From the NCBI GenBank assembly GCA_964016885.1, contig OZ024758.1, positions 10,044,001 to 10,108,000 of the forward strand: DNA of 64,000 nt, read 5' to 3'. The position numbers and the translations under genes are program-made. Below the pieces are notes generated by a model, which was not told where the DNA came from, did not search any database, and was given only the letters and a program-made list of their open reading frames with translations. Source of the stretch: Eledone cirrhosa. Its lineage: Eukaryota. Below, piece after piece: positions 26,255 through 40,183 of the stretch (position 1 is the first letter of the stretch; each line of letters begins with the position of its first letter).

Positions 26255-27451
26255 CATAATTGTTTCCATTTTGGGTATTAGACCAGACCCATAACATTTG
26301 TTTAACAAGAGGAGTACAGACGATTTGATTGAAATTCAGTAAAATTAAGTAGTAAACCTTCAATGCACCATACAACCATCACCATCATTTTTCTCGCGAA
26401 ATATATGGCCTTCAGGTACAAGGCCACAGATTTGTAGAAAAATGTTCTTTTCTCAAGTTAAATGAATTGATTTCAATCAAGAAACAGTGGCTGGATCACG
26501 GACCTTGTTGACATTGCTTAATGCCACACACTGCTCTATAGAATATATTAACTCGTGTTTAAAGCATTACCCCACAGCAGAAATTTCTTTGGAATTCTTG
26601 TTCGTTTTACAAATGATGTTTGCCTGAGTACTGAATTAATAACGAGGAAATCTCTACATAATATCATGAATATTGATTGAATTATCATTTCAATTCCTCT
26701 AGCATTTCAATAGTGCATTAATCAAAACATACAATACAATTTGTATTTTCAGTTTCTAATTCTGTATGAAATGATTTCAGAAATTAACGCTAATGTTTGA
26801 ATTACATTTCTAAAGAAATTAAATTTAGAGTATTTATTTAAATCTTTTGAAACATTTGTATAGAATTTTCAAATCAGGAATTTTAGTTCTTCACATTGCA
26901 TGAAATTATTAAAATATTGGCGCCTTTATTAACTAATATTTGAAATGTATTTCTAAAAGAGAATAATAAAATTAAAATAGAAAATTATTTTTCAGACGCT
27001 ATGTTGGTTTCTTAGGAATTCATTTTTCTTTTTTTTTTTCTTCTTCTTTTTTTTTTACTTCTTTTCCTTTTCATGTTTAACTGAATGAACAATTTCACGG
27101 TGCTTTGAAAATAATTCTTTTGAATGTGTCAAAATGTATTCCATATTAGAAGTGAGGTAAATAAATCTGAATAACATGCAGAACCATCATTATTCACCTT
27201 GCTCGTTGAATCACATACAAGTGAATAAAACTTCACCGTTTGTACTTTTATTAAGGATATGATTAGTTATTTCGTTATTCATACACAATAATACATATTA
27301 ATATGTACAATACTATTTCCAACATCACAACTTACTAAAGCGTTGAACCTAATATTTGACATGGCTGAAACAATTTGTTGCACTGTTTTAGAGAGAGGTT
27401 GTTTGGGGGTTTTTAATCAAACCTGATAACTTCATTTTTTTGTTAGTTATA

Positions 27452-27776
27452 CAGTGGAACCTCTGTTTACGAACGCCTCTCATCACGAACAAATCGGTTC
27501 ACGAACAATTTTTCCGAACATAAAACGTCTCGGGCGACAAATGGTGTCTCGAGTAACGGGCACACAAGCCGACAATAAAGGTTGGCAACAAGCTGGGAGT
27601 ATCGGCGGTAAAGCGTCACTTACTGTTTCGTTAGTTACTATAGTGATATCTATCTGTCTTTCACACACAATCTCTCTCAACATTTCGATTGGCAAAAAAT
27701 AGTTTCGGTTTACGAACGTTTCGGATGACGAACGGTCTTCAAGAACGCAGTAAGTTCGTGAACCGAGGTTCCACTA
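27452..27776. mobile_element. pogo/Tigger-like MITE
   Basis: Terminal inverted repeats CAGTGGAACCTC.GTT.ACGAAC / GTTCGTGAACCGAGGTTCCACT; TA at the left flank. Confidence 0.8.
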
Positions 27777-28340
27777 CACATTCTTTTGCTCATTTATCCA
27801 TGTTTTCCTCGTAAGCATAAACTAGTTTAATAAGTCTTTCACTTTTAAAATAACCAAACATGTTTTCTTTAATTACGTCTATAACTATTTCTGCCGTGGA
27901 ACAGCCTGGAAGTTTTAATGTCTTACATCACATCTGCTAGTTTTGGGCCGACGTGTTGGGGTAATGTTAATACGTTAACGAAATCATGCAATATATAATA
28001 CTGCAACATCGTGCCACTCTTACCAATACTGGGGTTAATCAGTTGCAGAGTGTATCTCTACAGAATTTAGTAGTGAGGTGGCAAAAATTGAACAAACTCA
28101 TCAGGGTAATCAACAATAGTTCAATGTGATCAATGACTTAACGATTATCCAATAAAGACATCAAAATTATTGATATATCCCACAAATTAATCATGGTCAT
28201 CAGCAAAGATTAATACAGCTAACATTAAACATTTGATAATTGGGTCAGTCAGTAAAAGGACTCTAAAAATGCTGATAATTACCCAAACTAGCGCCAGTTT
28301 CACCCAAAGTCGGACTGTGAGTAATAATTATGCAAATACA

Positions 28341-28668
28341 TTGGCTTAGTGGTTAGTGTTGGGCTTACAACCGCGAGGTTGTGAGCTCGATTCTCAGACC
28401 GGGCTTTGCGTTGTGTACTGGAGCAAGACATTTTATTTCACGTTGCTCCAATTTAATCAGCTGTAGAAATGAGTTGCGACATAACTGGTGCCAAGCTGTA
28501 TCGGCCATTGCTTTTTCTTTAGACAACATCGGTGGCGTGGAGAGGGGAGACTGGTATGCATAGGTGACTGCTGGTCTTCAACAAACAACCTCCCCGGATT
28601 TGTGCCTTAGAGTGGAAACTTTTTAAGTGCAAAACCCATAGTCATTCGTGAGCGAAGAGGGTCTTTTA
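28341..28668 (+). mobile_element. tRNA-derived SINE with family-B-type head/core and a different 3' body
   Basis: GGCTTAGTGGTTAG head and GAGCAAGACATTTTATTTCAC core; related copy at ~62215-62415. Confidence 0.7.
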
Positions 28669-28859
28669 CGTGTATATTCCAACAGTCAGTTATAACACCT
28701 GGAACCTGCAATGGCTCTTCACCGAGTTTTATATATTATGACTTTTTAAAATTAAATTTTAAGTGATTTTTTTTCTCTAATGCTATAATATATTTCCATA
28801 TATTATGAAACTCTGGTGTTTTAAAAACCAGATCAGTCAATTCAACTTGTCGTCTAAAT

Positions 28860-29169
28860 CAGTGATTCTCAACGTGGTCCATGTGGACCACCAGTGGTCC
28901 ACATAGCATTTCTAGTGGTCCACAGAGAATTCGTAGCCATAAAAAAATTGTAGCCATTTCACAAAAATGTAACTTATATAATATTTTGTTTAATTACACA
29001 CACGTCCATTATATTTGAAAATTTCGAGGTCACAGCTCTGATAGTATGGGCATGTGGTTAGAATGTCTCTAGCAGTTCTATTACACAAGATTTAAAAGTT
29101 TAGGTGGTCCACAGGAAAAAATTACTTATTTTGGTGGTCCACAGTGAAAAAAAGGGTTGAGAACCCCTG
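28860..29169. mobile_element. hAT (Charlie-like) MITE
   Basis: Inverted repeats CAGTGATTCTCAAC / GTTGAGAACCCCTG, subterminal GGTCCAC repeats, 8-bp target duplication GTCTAAAT / ATCTAAAT. Confidence 0.85.
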
Positions 29170-29611
29170 ATCTAAATGCGCGGCAAAGTGAAACGCGAAA
29201 TGGTGTCCTCCTTACAGAAATGAAACGAATTGATTCATCAAAATGCTTTTATATATATATATATATATCATTGTGTGTGCATGTGTATGTGTATATGTGT
29301 AAGCCTGTATGTGGTGTGTGTATGTATATACATATATGTGCGTGTGTGTATATATATATATAGGTGTTTATGCTAGTGTGTGTGCAAATAAATTGATAGA
29401 AAGAAAAAGTGATTAACACAGACAGATAGGCACAAACATACACATACATATATACAGACATGCATACGCATGCATACACACATATATGCATACATACACA
29501 CTCATGAATGCATATATACATATGTGCATGCATGCATGATGGCTGCCCCCTCGTTATCGAGTATGGCCATTGCACGAGAAAAAAAAAATATATATATATA
29601 TATATACATAT

Positions 29612-29702
<91 letters not shown>

Positions 29703-29918
29703 TAACAGATTAAAGTTTAAGCAAAGAATCGCTGCTTTCACCCTTAACGGGATCTTCTGATCAGGAGTTTTAGGTATGTTTTCCTGCTTGGTACGGGTAT
29801 GTTCTTTGTAGATGTTGTTTCTGCATGATGAATATAAGTCAGTAGAGTGCTCAACCGAAGGAGCCAAGTAGTAATAATAATAAAATTGGATTTTAGTCTT
29901 CAATTTTATTATTATTAC

Positions 29919-29950
<32 letters not shown>

Positions 29951-30128
29951 CATATATATTAATAACAATAATAATAATAATAATAATAATAACAACAATA
30001 ATAATAACGACAACAACAACAATAATGATATACATATATATATATACACACACACACGCACACACATAAACATATCTATACACACACACACACGCGATAG
30101 CAACTAACAGCGCTGCGCTCGAATGTGG

Positions 30129-30195
30129 CATACATACATACATACATACATACATACATACAGACAGACATACATACATACATACATACATACAT

Positions 30196-30230
<35 letters not shown>

Positions 30231-30574
30231 TACAAACATACATACATACATACATACATACATACATACATACATACATACATACATACATACACACACA
30301 CATACATACATATATACATACATACATACATACACACATACATACATACATACATACAGACACACATACATACATACATACATACATACATACATACATA
30401 CATACAGACACACATACATACATACATACATACATACATACATACATACAAACATACATACATACATACATACATACATACATACATACATACATACATA
30501 CATACATACATACATACACACACACATACATACATACATACATACATACAGACAGACATACAGACAGACAGACA
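30129..30574. repeat. (TACA)n/(GACA)n microsatellite
   Basis: Seen directly. Confidence 0.95.
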
Positions 30575-31484
30575 AAGCCACTTAAGAACAAATAGAAATG
30601 AGTGAAAGGTGCAAACATCGGAAAATACGGCCCACGGCAAGATTTAATGAAAGCTTCATTCGTTACATCAACATTCCACTAAATGAATGAACAATTGTGA
30701 CACGAGTTGATAGAAAACCTACTGACCTCATGTTACGATCGATCAAATCGCTAAAGGAAACTTAACTACGAATTGAGGGCCCCCCACCCCGTGTTTGCAC
30801 TGTATATATAAACACTATATATATATATATATATATCTTTCTTTATATATCTTTCTATAATTGTGCTGCTATTATCAATCGTCGACATATGGTGGTGACA
30901 TGTGTTGCCTCTTTCAAAACTCATACCCCAACCCCCACCGCCGCCCCTCCACGCCAAAAAAGAATAATCGGTAGACTTCGGCAAAACATCGAAGAATTGG
31001 ATACTATCATTACCTACAAAGGTAGTTTGATATTTGGTAGAATGGTGAGCTGAAATGCTTAGCAGTATTATTTGTTCCTGCGCTTTACAATCTGAGTTCA
31101 AATCCCATCGAGGTCAATTTTATTGTTAACATTCCCAGGTCGATAAAATAATGTACTAGTTAAATCGATGTAATCACCAATTCCCTAAAAAACTATTGCT
31201 GGCCTTGTGCCAAAATTAGAAACAATATTCAGGTGAAAACTGTATAATGGATTGACGGATCAGTAACTATGATTTTTTTTATTGATTATTCAAGGTCTGG
31301 GGATCTACGGAAATAGCCAACGAGAGACAATGACAAGTAAAATATTATTTTCTTATTAAGTTGGTGTTTGGAACAAAACTTAACAATGGTTCTTATATAA
31401 AATCATGAGGGAAGTTTTATATGAATATAAATACTTTGTGTGTGTATGTTTACTTCTATTCATTCGATATTATATAAGAAAATA

Positions 31485-31669
31485 GGGCGGTGGATTGGTA
31501 GTATCGGTAGAGGGTCGGACGCCATGCTTTCTAGCATAGTTACGTCCCTTTACGATCTGAGTTCAAATCCCGCCGAGGTTGACTTTGCCTTTCATCCTTA
31601 CGGGGTCGATAAAATAAAGTACCAGTGAGGCACTGGGTAGTTGCTGGCCTTGTGCCTAAAGTAGAAACA
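31485..31669 (+). mobile_element. SINE family A, full length, with target-site duplication
   Basis: ATTATATAAGAAAATA at 31469 and 31670. Confidence 0.9.
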
Positions 31670-32330
31670 ATTATATAAGAAAATAAATTTTTAAAAATGA
31701 AAACAGAGGAAGGTTTAAATATCAACTGTATATTTTACATTGTGAGACATGTTGGTTGTGAAGTGACGTTGCTGAATTTCAAATATGGTGAACACTTTTC
31801 ATCTTATTACAGCCCATTGTGTAGTGTCTCTAAACAAGGTACATAATTTATTTTTACTCCAGTTCCTCTTGGTCAGCCTATGAACTTTTCAGTCAACTCT
31901 CATAAAATAAATACCAGTTCATTGCAGTGGGTTGGCATGTCTGTAAGACCAGTGCACAAAATACTTTTTTTTTTAGTATTTATTGTGTCTCTTTGTGTTC
32001 TGAGCTCAAATCTCACCATGGTCAACTTTACTTTCATCCTCCTGGGGTCAATGAAATAAAGTATCTATGAGATTTTGATGTTATTTATTTTGAGAACAAT
32101 ACCTTAACATTAGTATGAGTGGCTGATTACAACTGGTTTGAACAGAGAGAGGTGAGAGATTCTGGCCAGATACATCCAGTTTAAATGCTAAAGGGTTCAG
32201 ACACTTGTAGTATAATAAAACTGCATTCAAGAAACTATAATTATATATGATCTACTTTTTTTTTTATTTTGACTCTCTGTCAGTGTGGATTATTTCGTTG
32301 AATTTTCTTTTACTCTTTGGTATATAAAAT

Positions 32331-32508
32331 AATTGTTTCTACTTTTGGCACAAGGCCAGCAATTACCCAGTACATTACTGGTACTTTATTTTATCGACCA
32401 CGTAAGGATGAAAGGCAAAGTTAACCTCGACGGGATTTGAACTCAGACCGTAAAGGGACGTAACTATGCTGGAAAGCATGGCGTCCGACCCTCTACCGAT
32501 ACTGCCAA
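32331..32508 (-). mobile_element. SINE family A copy
   Basis: Near-consensus reverse complement. Confidence 0.85.
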
Positions 32509-32534
32509 AAATAATAAGACATAGACAAAAACAT

Positions 32535-32930
32535 CTTCTTCTTCTTCTTCTTCACCCAGATTCCTGAGAGGGTCGTGGGGGCAAAGTCCACAAACATTCA
32601 TTCCAGCAGTTGGTTATCTCCCTTTTTTATAAGGATTGTCAATAAAGTTTGTTATCTCCCTTACATCAATTTTGCTACCGATAATTTTGATATCGATTTT
32701 TTATTACTCAACGTGGGTCGATTGGAAAAATGTTTGTGATGTGACCATCTTAGCGACCTGTGCAACGTGCACAGAAAAAGAGTCCTCAAACACTCCTTCC
32801 AGCAGGTTCTGTCAGAAACAACCGTCTACAGCTGATCCAGCTGGATCTCCAAGCATGACCAGCCAAGCTCATGGATGTTATCTTGCTCAGGGTCTACCCC
32901 CTGGGTCTCCTGCTGGTTGGGTTTGTCGAT
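32535..32930 (-). mobile_element. RTE-type LINE 3' fragment interrupted by a ~180-bp insert
   Basis: (CTT)n tail and GGGTCGTGGG at 32535-32600; homology to the 46223 copy resumes at ~32782. Confidence 0.6.
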
Positions 32931-34268
32931 AAAAACAATAAAAATTAAAAGTTTGTAGAAAAATTTTCGATTCTTTCAAAATGCTGCACAGAATGGTATA
33001 GATGGCTGCACGTGACCTTAAGGTTGCAGATTCCACATGGATGAAATATTTCGAGGCATTTTTTTGTCTCTTTACATTCTAAAAGGACAGGTGAAGTGGA
33101 TGTGGTAAACTTATCTGTATCTATGGTGTCTTAATCATATTTGTATTCTTCCATCAAACTTCCTTGACATGGTTGTTTACAACCTCATGGCTCAGGAAGG
33201 ATTGCTTCAACCACAATCACGATCATCATCAGCATCATCCTTATCAGCATAGTTATTATTTTGATGTCTGTTTTTTTTCCCCTCGTGTCAAAAGTTAGAT
33301 ACATCTATTGTACCCCATATCAATATTTATAAATTTCTTACAATTGTAAGATTTCTTTTATATAGACACTAAAATCGCAGTAGTTTAACCTTAGGTGAGC
33401 TCTACTTGAGTAGATCTGTGATTAAAAACATTCCAGCTGTGACCATCCAGTCATTTTATATATCTATTAGAACAGTCTAAGATGGTAGTAGTAACACACT
33501 AAATAAGAATTGACACTATGATAACCCATCTAACCCATGCCAGCATGGAAAACGGTCATAAAATTATAACGATGATGACGTTTTTAAACGCCCCCAGTCG
33601 TCCTAAAAATCAGTAATTATGTTCAAATTACCGCTGTTTTCATTTATATATGTCCTTGATATATAAAACATTGACGTCACCAGCCGTAATTGTTTTGGTT
33701 TGCTTTAAATAAATTTCAATGGGAAAACACCAGCATTCCTTGTAATCTATATACAACTGTGTGCGTAGATAACATTTTAAAAAAAAAATTCTGAATGAGT
33801 TTTATTGTCATAGTTCATTTACTTTGTTAGTTTTGTGATTGCATTTCAAACCCATTTTCATTGCTAGCGTAACCATAAATAACTGTTATATTTAAATAAA
33901 CTTCTAATTAACCAGTAAAAAAATACATCTACAATTTATATTAAACCATTCAAACATTTTATATATTATTGTTTATATAACACTTCATTCAATCTTGACA
34001 AATATTAAAAATAAGAAACTCTGACCGAGTCTTTAAAAAAAAAATAGGTCACTAAAATGTACTTCTTTATTTAGCCAGCCAACTACCTTACATAGCATCA
34101 GTATGCCTCTACATAGTCGTTCGAGCTGGTAGAAATAGCAGCTACATCTTCTTCCACCCACACTCTTCTAAGGAAAGGAAACGATGAGTTATTTGGAAAG
34201 GTTAAAGCATCTTTATAGCAGAAAACACTAAATATCATTCGACTGTTGTAGATAAAAACTTTTGATTT

Positions 34269-34296
34269 CACGTGCTGCTGACTTCCTGTGTATAAA
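34269..34296 (+). promoter_or_regulatory. Candidate core promoter: E-box CACGTG, ETS-like ACTTCCTG, TATAAA
   Basis: Motifs at 34269, 34281 and 34291, about 100 nt upstream of the exon-1 ATG. A CRE (TGACGTCA) lies at 33672. Confidence 0.4.
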
Positions 34297-34393
34297 TTGC
34301 AGGCATGCTCAATAATCACATCCGCTTTTGTATTTACTACGATAGTAAGCATGGTCTGATATATTTTACAGTACTCCTTTAAAAGGCCTAATT

Positions 34394-34567
34394 ATGCTTC
34401 TCTGTGCACGAATTCTCAACCTAAAACCTATTGGCGGGACTCACATCAGGGCTGTCTTTTTCGTAACACATTCGCAAAAAACCAAAACTGTTAGCGGTTT
34501 AGGAGATGTGTGTTTTGTTAAGAGTCCTGAAGACAGGTGTGAGACGACCAACAGAGGACATCTTACG
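34394..34567 (+). CDS. C6orf136: C6orf136-like gene, coding exon 1 (58 aa; N-terminus resembles a mitochondrial presequence)
   Basis: ATG at 34394 reads MLLCARILNLKPIGGTHIRAVFF...NRGHLT and ends at a phase-0 donor ACG|GTAAGC, matching the phase-0 acceptor of the next exon. Lies in a CpG-retaining region with promoter motifs. No recognisable homology in this exon itself. Confidence 0.6.
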
Positions 34568-36244
34568 GTAAGCTAGTCAAAAGTAACGCAGTGTTTACCT
34601 GACTCATACACTCCCACAATCTCAAATTCTTTATTAAATTATAAACCTTAACTTATTGACTAGAAGAAAAAAAAAAAAAAATCCATCTTGTGGTAATACT
34701 TAAATCATTTATCATTTTTCCATCTGATCGAACTTCACATTCATTATCACCTGATATGTTTTAAAGGTCACTTATGTTTCCTACTTCTTCGACCTCAACC
34801 TCAATTTTTCAACCTCTGAATAAGTTTTCAAGTTAATAAAATTATAAACGTCTTCATTAAAATTACATTCTTTTTTAATCTAAATTCCAGGAAAATTTAT
34901 TTATTTGCTTCGTTTCAAATTAGTTTAAATGATATTTTGATTAGCACGGTTATAGTTCGAGAATTTTTTTCAAATGCGCAAAAACCACATTTGCCTATAA
35001 ATTCTTTTTATTTTGTGGTTATTCGATCCGGCATTTTTTCAAATGTTTGTCTACTGGTTATATAATGGGTTAAATTCGATTACGTAATAATACTTTCTGT
35101 TTTTCTCTGTGATATTGTCGTGTTTTCTTTTATTTTATTCATATTTTCTCTCATATCTTGCCTTAGATAGTCATGAGATTTCTGACAACTATGAAAATAT
35201 TTTCGCACCAAAAATAAAAAAGTTTCTCGTGAATGGTTTCTTCTTATTTATTTATTCCATTCAGTTTTATTGCGATATAAATTCTATGTGATTTACTTTC
35301 TACTGATATTATACGGTTTATATTCCTTCCTCCTATTTTTTTTTGTAAAAAAATTCAACGAAAATACTTTCTTCCTTCCTTTTATAATTATTCCACTAAT
35401 AATATATGTAGTAATATCTTTTTAATGACAGTTTTAATGACACACAGAATTGTAGTCCCTGTCATGGAATATTTTCAACTTGTGGAATTCCGAAATGTGA
35501 ATGGTTTCACATGTCTAATTTAATGTTCTCCACTGTTCTAGAAAATCTCTTTAAACGTATACTTAACAAAACTGGATTTATTATCATAAACCTTTCAATG
35601 TAACGTATTCTTCCTTAGCACGATTACTTTGTTGTTAAATTCGCTTGCACCAACAACATTTGTTTTTTATTTAAAGAGAATTCTAAAAATAACTTCTCAA
35701 TGGTGATTATGTTACCGGGCAACTCATACACGAGATAGGTCCTTTTTAAATTAGTTTACTTTATTATTTACTAAGGAAAGGATCGGCTTCATGACTTAGT
35801 TATACAGTTTACATTCTTTAGATGTTTGATTGTTCATAAGCCCACAACGGAAATGAATGTTCGGTGTTCAATATCATGAAGCAATTACATTTATCGTCGA
35901 TTTCATCATACCCAGTCTATAAATAATTACTCAATAACTACTCAATAATTACTCAAAACCCCTTCGTCGCCATATTTTTAATCAAATACACTGCCTATGA
36001 TTTTCAAATAATTTTGGAAATTTTTACTAATATAATAATCTCATTATTAAGATGTTTAGGGCGTAACTAAAAGTGTCTTACATGGAATCATGATATAAAG
36101 GTTTTAGATAAGTATAAACACTTCAAACCAAACAGTTCCATGCCATAGGACCAGGGATGGGTTGGTATTAAAAGGGTTAAGAGAATTCCGTCTACGAATT
36201 TATATTTTCTACTATTCCATCTAACTACTTCCATGTTAATATGC

Positions 36245-36420
36245 CTTGCTAGAAATAGCAGCCAAATCTGCAAACCATACTCTAACAACTTCGAAAAAGA
36301 AAAAAGAAAGACAGACACCTTGAATAATGTAGTCTGTTACACTAAATCTGAAAAAATACGAGATGGTCATGGTTGGAATGTTTTGGATCAGTTTTGACGT
36401 TGTACTAAACAACCCCAACT
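36245..36420 (+). repeat. Dispersed short repeat family with core GCTAGAAATAGCAGCCAAAT
   Basis: Related copies at ~7950-8130, 10725-10900, 24750-24880, 34115-34200 and 38880-39020. Confidence 0.6.
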
Positions 36421-36502
36421 AGATAATTTTTGTCTGAATTTCTAAGATAAGGAATTATTATTATGCACTGATTTATTCAGACTAGAGTCCTTATCCTGTT
36501 GT

Positions 36503-36544
36503 CACAACAATTCGGCTGTTGTACTCACTGGCCTCCTTCAGGTG
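36503..36544 (-). ncRNA. Degenerate hammerhead-like motif
   Basis: Minus strand CAC-CTGAAGGA-GGC...GCC-GAAT-TGTT-GTG. Stems I and II pair; the core is mutated. Confidence 0.3.
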
Positions 36545-36738
36545 CATGTTATATTTAGTAATGTTCTCAAAATATTAAACCATGCCCATTGTTCAAACCA
36601 TGAAGGTACATTATTCTCATTCCATTGTCCATGATTGGGATATTCTTGTATTGTTTTTGTATTTTTATGCTTCTTGGTCATTTCACTTAAACTAGAATAT
36701 ATATACACATACAAGCTGTGTGTGTGTGTATATATATA

Positions 36739-37284
36739 ATCATCATCATCATCATCATTTTACGTACGCTTTTCCCTGCTTGCAAGGGTGGGATGGGTCT
36801 TATACAGCACAGCATCTCTGCACTCGTCACGGTCCTTCGTCATCTCCACCGTGAGCTTCAGCGATCTGAGGTCTGTTCTCACCACCTCCACCCATGTTTT
36901 TCGTGGTCTACCTCTACCACGTCTTCCTTCAACTGGCATTTCCTGGCACTTCTTCACCCATCGGTCATCCTCCATGCGCATCACATGTCCATACCACCTC
37001 AGTCTCCTCTCTCGCACACTACATTCTATCCCTCTCAGACACAGTTTCTCTCTCAACACATTCATGCTGGGTCGTTCACGCACATTGACACTGCACATCC
37101 AACGGAGCATGCTTGCCTCATTTCTCTCCAGCCGTCGCATATCCTCTGCTGTTGCTGCCCATGTCTCACTACCATACAGCATCGCGCTCCTCACACAGGC
37201 ATCATATAACCGGCCTTTCGTACGCAGGGAGAAACCCTTTTTCATCAGCAGAGGAAGCAGCTCCTTAAACTTCTTCCAACCCGT

Positions 37285-37290
<6 letters not shown>
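36739..37290 (-). mobile_element. RTE-clade LINE, 5'-truncated 3' end with (ATG)n tail
   Basis: Uninterrupted frame KGRLYDACVRSAMLYGSETW...RRLRWYGHVMRM...GRRGRGRPRKTW. (ATG)n tail; sits within a (TA)/(CA) microsatellite. Confidence 0.92.
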
Positions 37291-37327
<37 letters not shown>

Positions 37328-38240
37328 GCTTGGTTTGTGTTAGTGAGGGAATCCAGCTGTAAGAAAAAAAATAGCCAAAATACAGTTCAGTTTGAGCAAG
37401 GTATGGCGCAGCCAACAAGCCAAACTTGTCTCATAATGTGAACAACCTGTGTAACCTATGCAAGTGTGGACAAATCGACATTAAGCAGTGATGATGATGA
37501 TACATACGCTGACCCACTAGGTAAACTATAACACTTAAGACTTAACATTTTTATTCACTAAGTGACAACCCATGCACATATTAACAAGAGATGATCAGCA
37601 TTAGACAGACTATTCAGAATAACAACTGTCCTGCATAGCATCAGCTTCCATGAACAGAAATGAGTTCTGATTTAGGCACAAGATGAGCAATTTAGGGTAA
37701 GAGTAAGTTGATTAAATTGACTCCAATACTTGACTGGTATTTTATCATCCTCAGGTGGATGAAAAGCAAAGTTAACCTCTGTAAGACTTGAACTCTGAAT
37801 ATAAAAAGCCAGAACAAATATTGTTTAGCATTTGTCCAACACTCTGACTCTTCTAATCCATTGTCCTGGGTAAGAGACATAATAAAGAATGTTGGTTGTA
37901 AAACAGCCATAATTTGTCTGTATCAAAAAGTTGAGAAAATCTAGGATCTTTTAGGATAATATTCAAAAGCAAGTCTACTCTTTAGGGACATTACTCTCAA
38001 TCAAAGCTACTATCAGAAAAGATATTGACCATGAGCTGTATGTATTCCATCCCTTGCAGCTGCATCAGGGAATATATTTCTCTCTCTCAGATTTGGAAAA
38101 GGGACAGGCTCAGCCAGGGTTTTTTTTAAATATCTAATATCACTATGGCACCCCTACACCTCCATTAACAGTTACAGGTTTGTAAATATATATGCAATGA
38201 ATTATTAATAATTTTAGTAAATCTCTGAATATTCTCCATT

Positions 38241-38373
38241 ATACGTCCCTTTACAATCTGAGTTCAAATCCCGTCGAGGTTAACTTTGCCTTTCATCCTT
38301 ACGGGGGTAGATAAAATAAAGTACCAGTAATGCACTGGGTAATTGCTGGCCTTGTGCCTAAAGTAGAAACAAT
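38241..38373 (+). mobile_element. SINE family A, 5'-truncated, nested in an AT-rich MITE
   Basis: The flanks (38197-38240, 38374-38420) join into the element also seen at 51040-51130 and 54650-54751. Confidence 0.75.
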
Positions 38374-39331
38374 TAATTAATTGAAATAGTGTATATTATT
38401 AGAAATATGATTATGAAAGGATTGTTTCAAAACTAGGTTGTCCATTTAACAGTTGCTACCTATCTACATGACCTTTGGTGACAATCATCCTTGCTTCTTT
38501 CTAGCACTACTGAGTCCTTTCCAGTTAGGCTGTGTCTTTTGTCACTGTGTTAAGAACATGAGACCACATGTAAGAAAGTGTTCATATTTAAATTTAAACC
38601 GGCCAGAAAGCTCTCACTTCTTTCTGTTCTAAGTGACCACTCATATTGACATTCAGGTATTGTTCTCAAAATAAATAACATCATCAAAATCTCATAGATT
38701 CCATATTATGTGAGTTAATTATGAGATAAAGCTTTTACCATGAAAATATAATAGTAATGTAAATACTAAAGGGTTGACATTTCAGTTAGTCAGCACCTAC
38801 TTTCATTATCATTTAACATCCATTGTTCCCTGATAGCAGGACACACATATATTCATATATACAAGGAATCCTGTATGTGGTTGCTAGGCTTGTTAGAAAT
38901 AGCCAAATTCCCTCAAATCACAGCCTATCATTTTATAAAATTAAGGTATGTTTTGTACTATATGGTCATGGCTGAAATATCTTCCCTCATAGATCTCAGT
39001 AAGAGCTGACCTGGGCCTTAATATACTAATATATATTGATAGATATTTTTAAAATCTTGATTTATATTGAAAATTAATTAAAATGTGTGATGATAAAACA
39101 CACCCGGTGTCTTTGTTGTGTGACCAACACAACCACTTTACAGTGGACTGGGGCTTGCTTTTTGTCAAGTCACAATCACTACCACTTTACGTTGTGGACA
39201 GAGCTTTTTGTTGTCACCAGTGATGAACAGAATCCTTAGACATAAGGAATAAACTGTCAATAGCTATTGAAAAGTTCCCCTTTTGTTCATTTTCCTACAT
39301 CAGATGGTTACCATTTAAACCATCCTTAATG

Positions 39332-39791
39332 CAAACACACGTGGGCATGCCCACAAAGTCAGAAAACAGCACAGCTCCCATGAATTTCGGAAACATTTTA
39401 TCACACTCAGAGTTGCTGGAGCATGGAACAAACTACCTGCATCAGTCGTTAGCTGTCGAGACACTGCATCCTTTAAAACCTCCATGGAACAAACTACCTG
39501 CATCAGTCATTAGCTGCCGAGACACTGCATCCTTTAAAACCTCCATCGAACAAACTACCTGCATCAGTTGTTAGCTGTCAAGACACTGCATCCTTTAAAA
39601 CCTCCATGCTTCCCAAGATTCGCCAACACTACACCTAATGTTCCTCCTCCATACACATACACACATGTATATCATGACTCGTACAGTATTCACTCCCTGA
39701 CATTTGTATATTATTCTATGTACTCTACATGCACCTTTGACGAGTTGTAGTGCACCTGAGCACTGTACACAATAATTTCATTATTATTATT
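39332..39791 (+). mobile_element. CR1-clade LINE 3' end with internal 61-bp triplication and (ATT)n tail
   Basis: NTRGHAHKVRKQHSSHEFRKHF.TLRVA.AWNKLPASVVSCRDTASFK is the CR1 C-terminal motif. Three 61-bp units at 39422, 39483, 39544. Confidence 0.8.
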
Positions 39792-39988
39792 AACATCAGA
39801 TATGACACGTCAAACAAATTTTGAATTTCGATCTGGAAGCTTCCATTTCTATCATATCATTTTTCCATCAAGCTTGATATCTCTTTGTGTAGCTTTTATA
39901 TAAAAGGTTGCTTTTAATACAATTCAAATTTTTTGTTTAATCAATTATGTTAAGTCAGTTTGCCTTCCAGAAATTGTTACTTACTTAA

Positions 39989-40183
39989 CCCTTTAGCATT
40001 TACATTACTCTATATATACTATTGTATTTTAACATTGAAGGCTTTATCTTACATAATATCGAATCTATGAGATTTTGATATTTACTTTGAGAACAATACC
40101 TTAACATAATTATAAGTGGCCAGCTACAGTCAGTTTGAACAGAAAGATGTGAGAGAATTCTGGCCGGTTTAAATGCTATGGGG
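39989..40183 (+). mobile_element. piggyBac-like MITE (~195 bp)
   Basis: TTAA|CCCTTTAGCATTTA...TAAATGCTATGGGG|TTAA. Confidence 0.85.

Noticed and set aside
29697-30640. MYVC/HTYI-repeat ORFs
   Set aside because: (TACA)n and (TA)n microsatellite artefacts.
36718-37441. Plus-strand ORFs of 163 and 217 aa
   Set aside because: Antisense shadows of the minus-strand RTE fragment.
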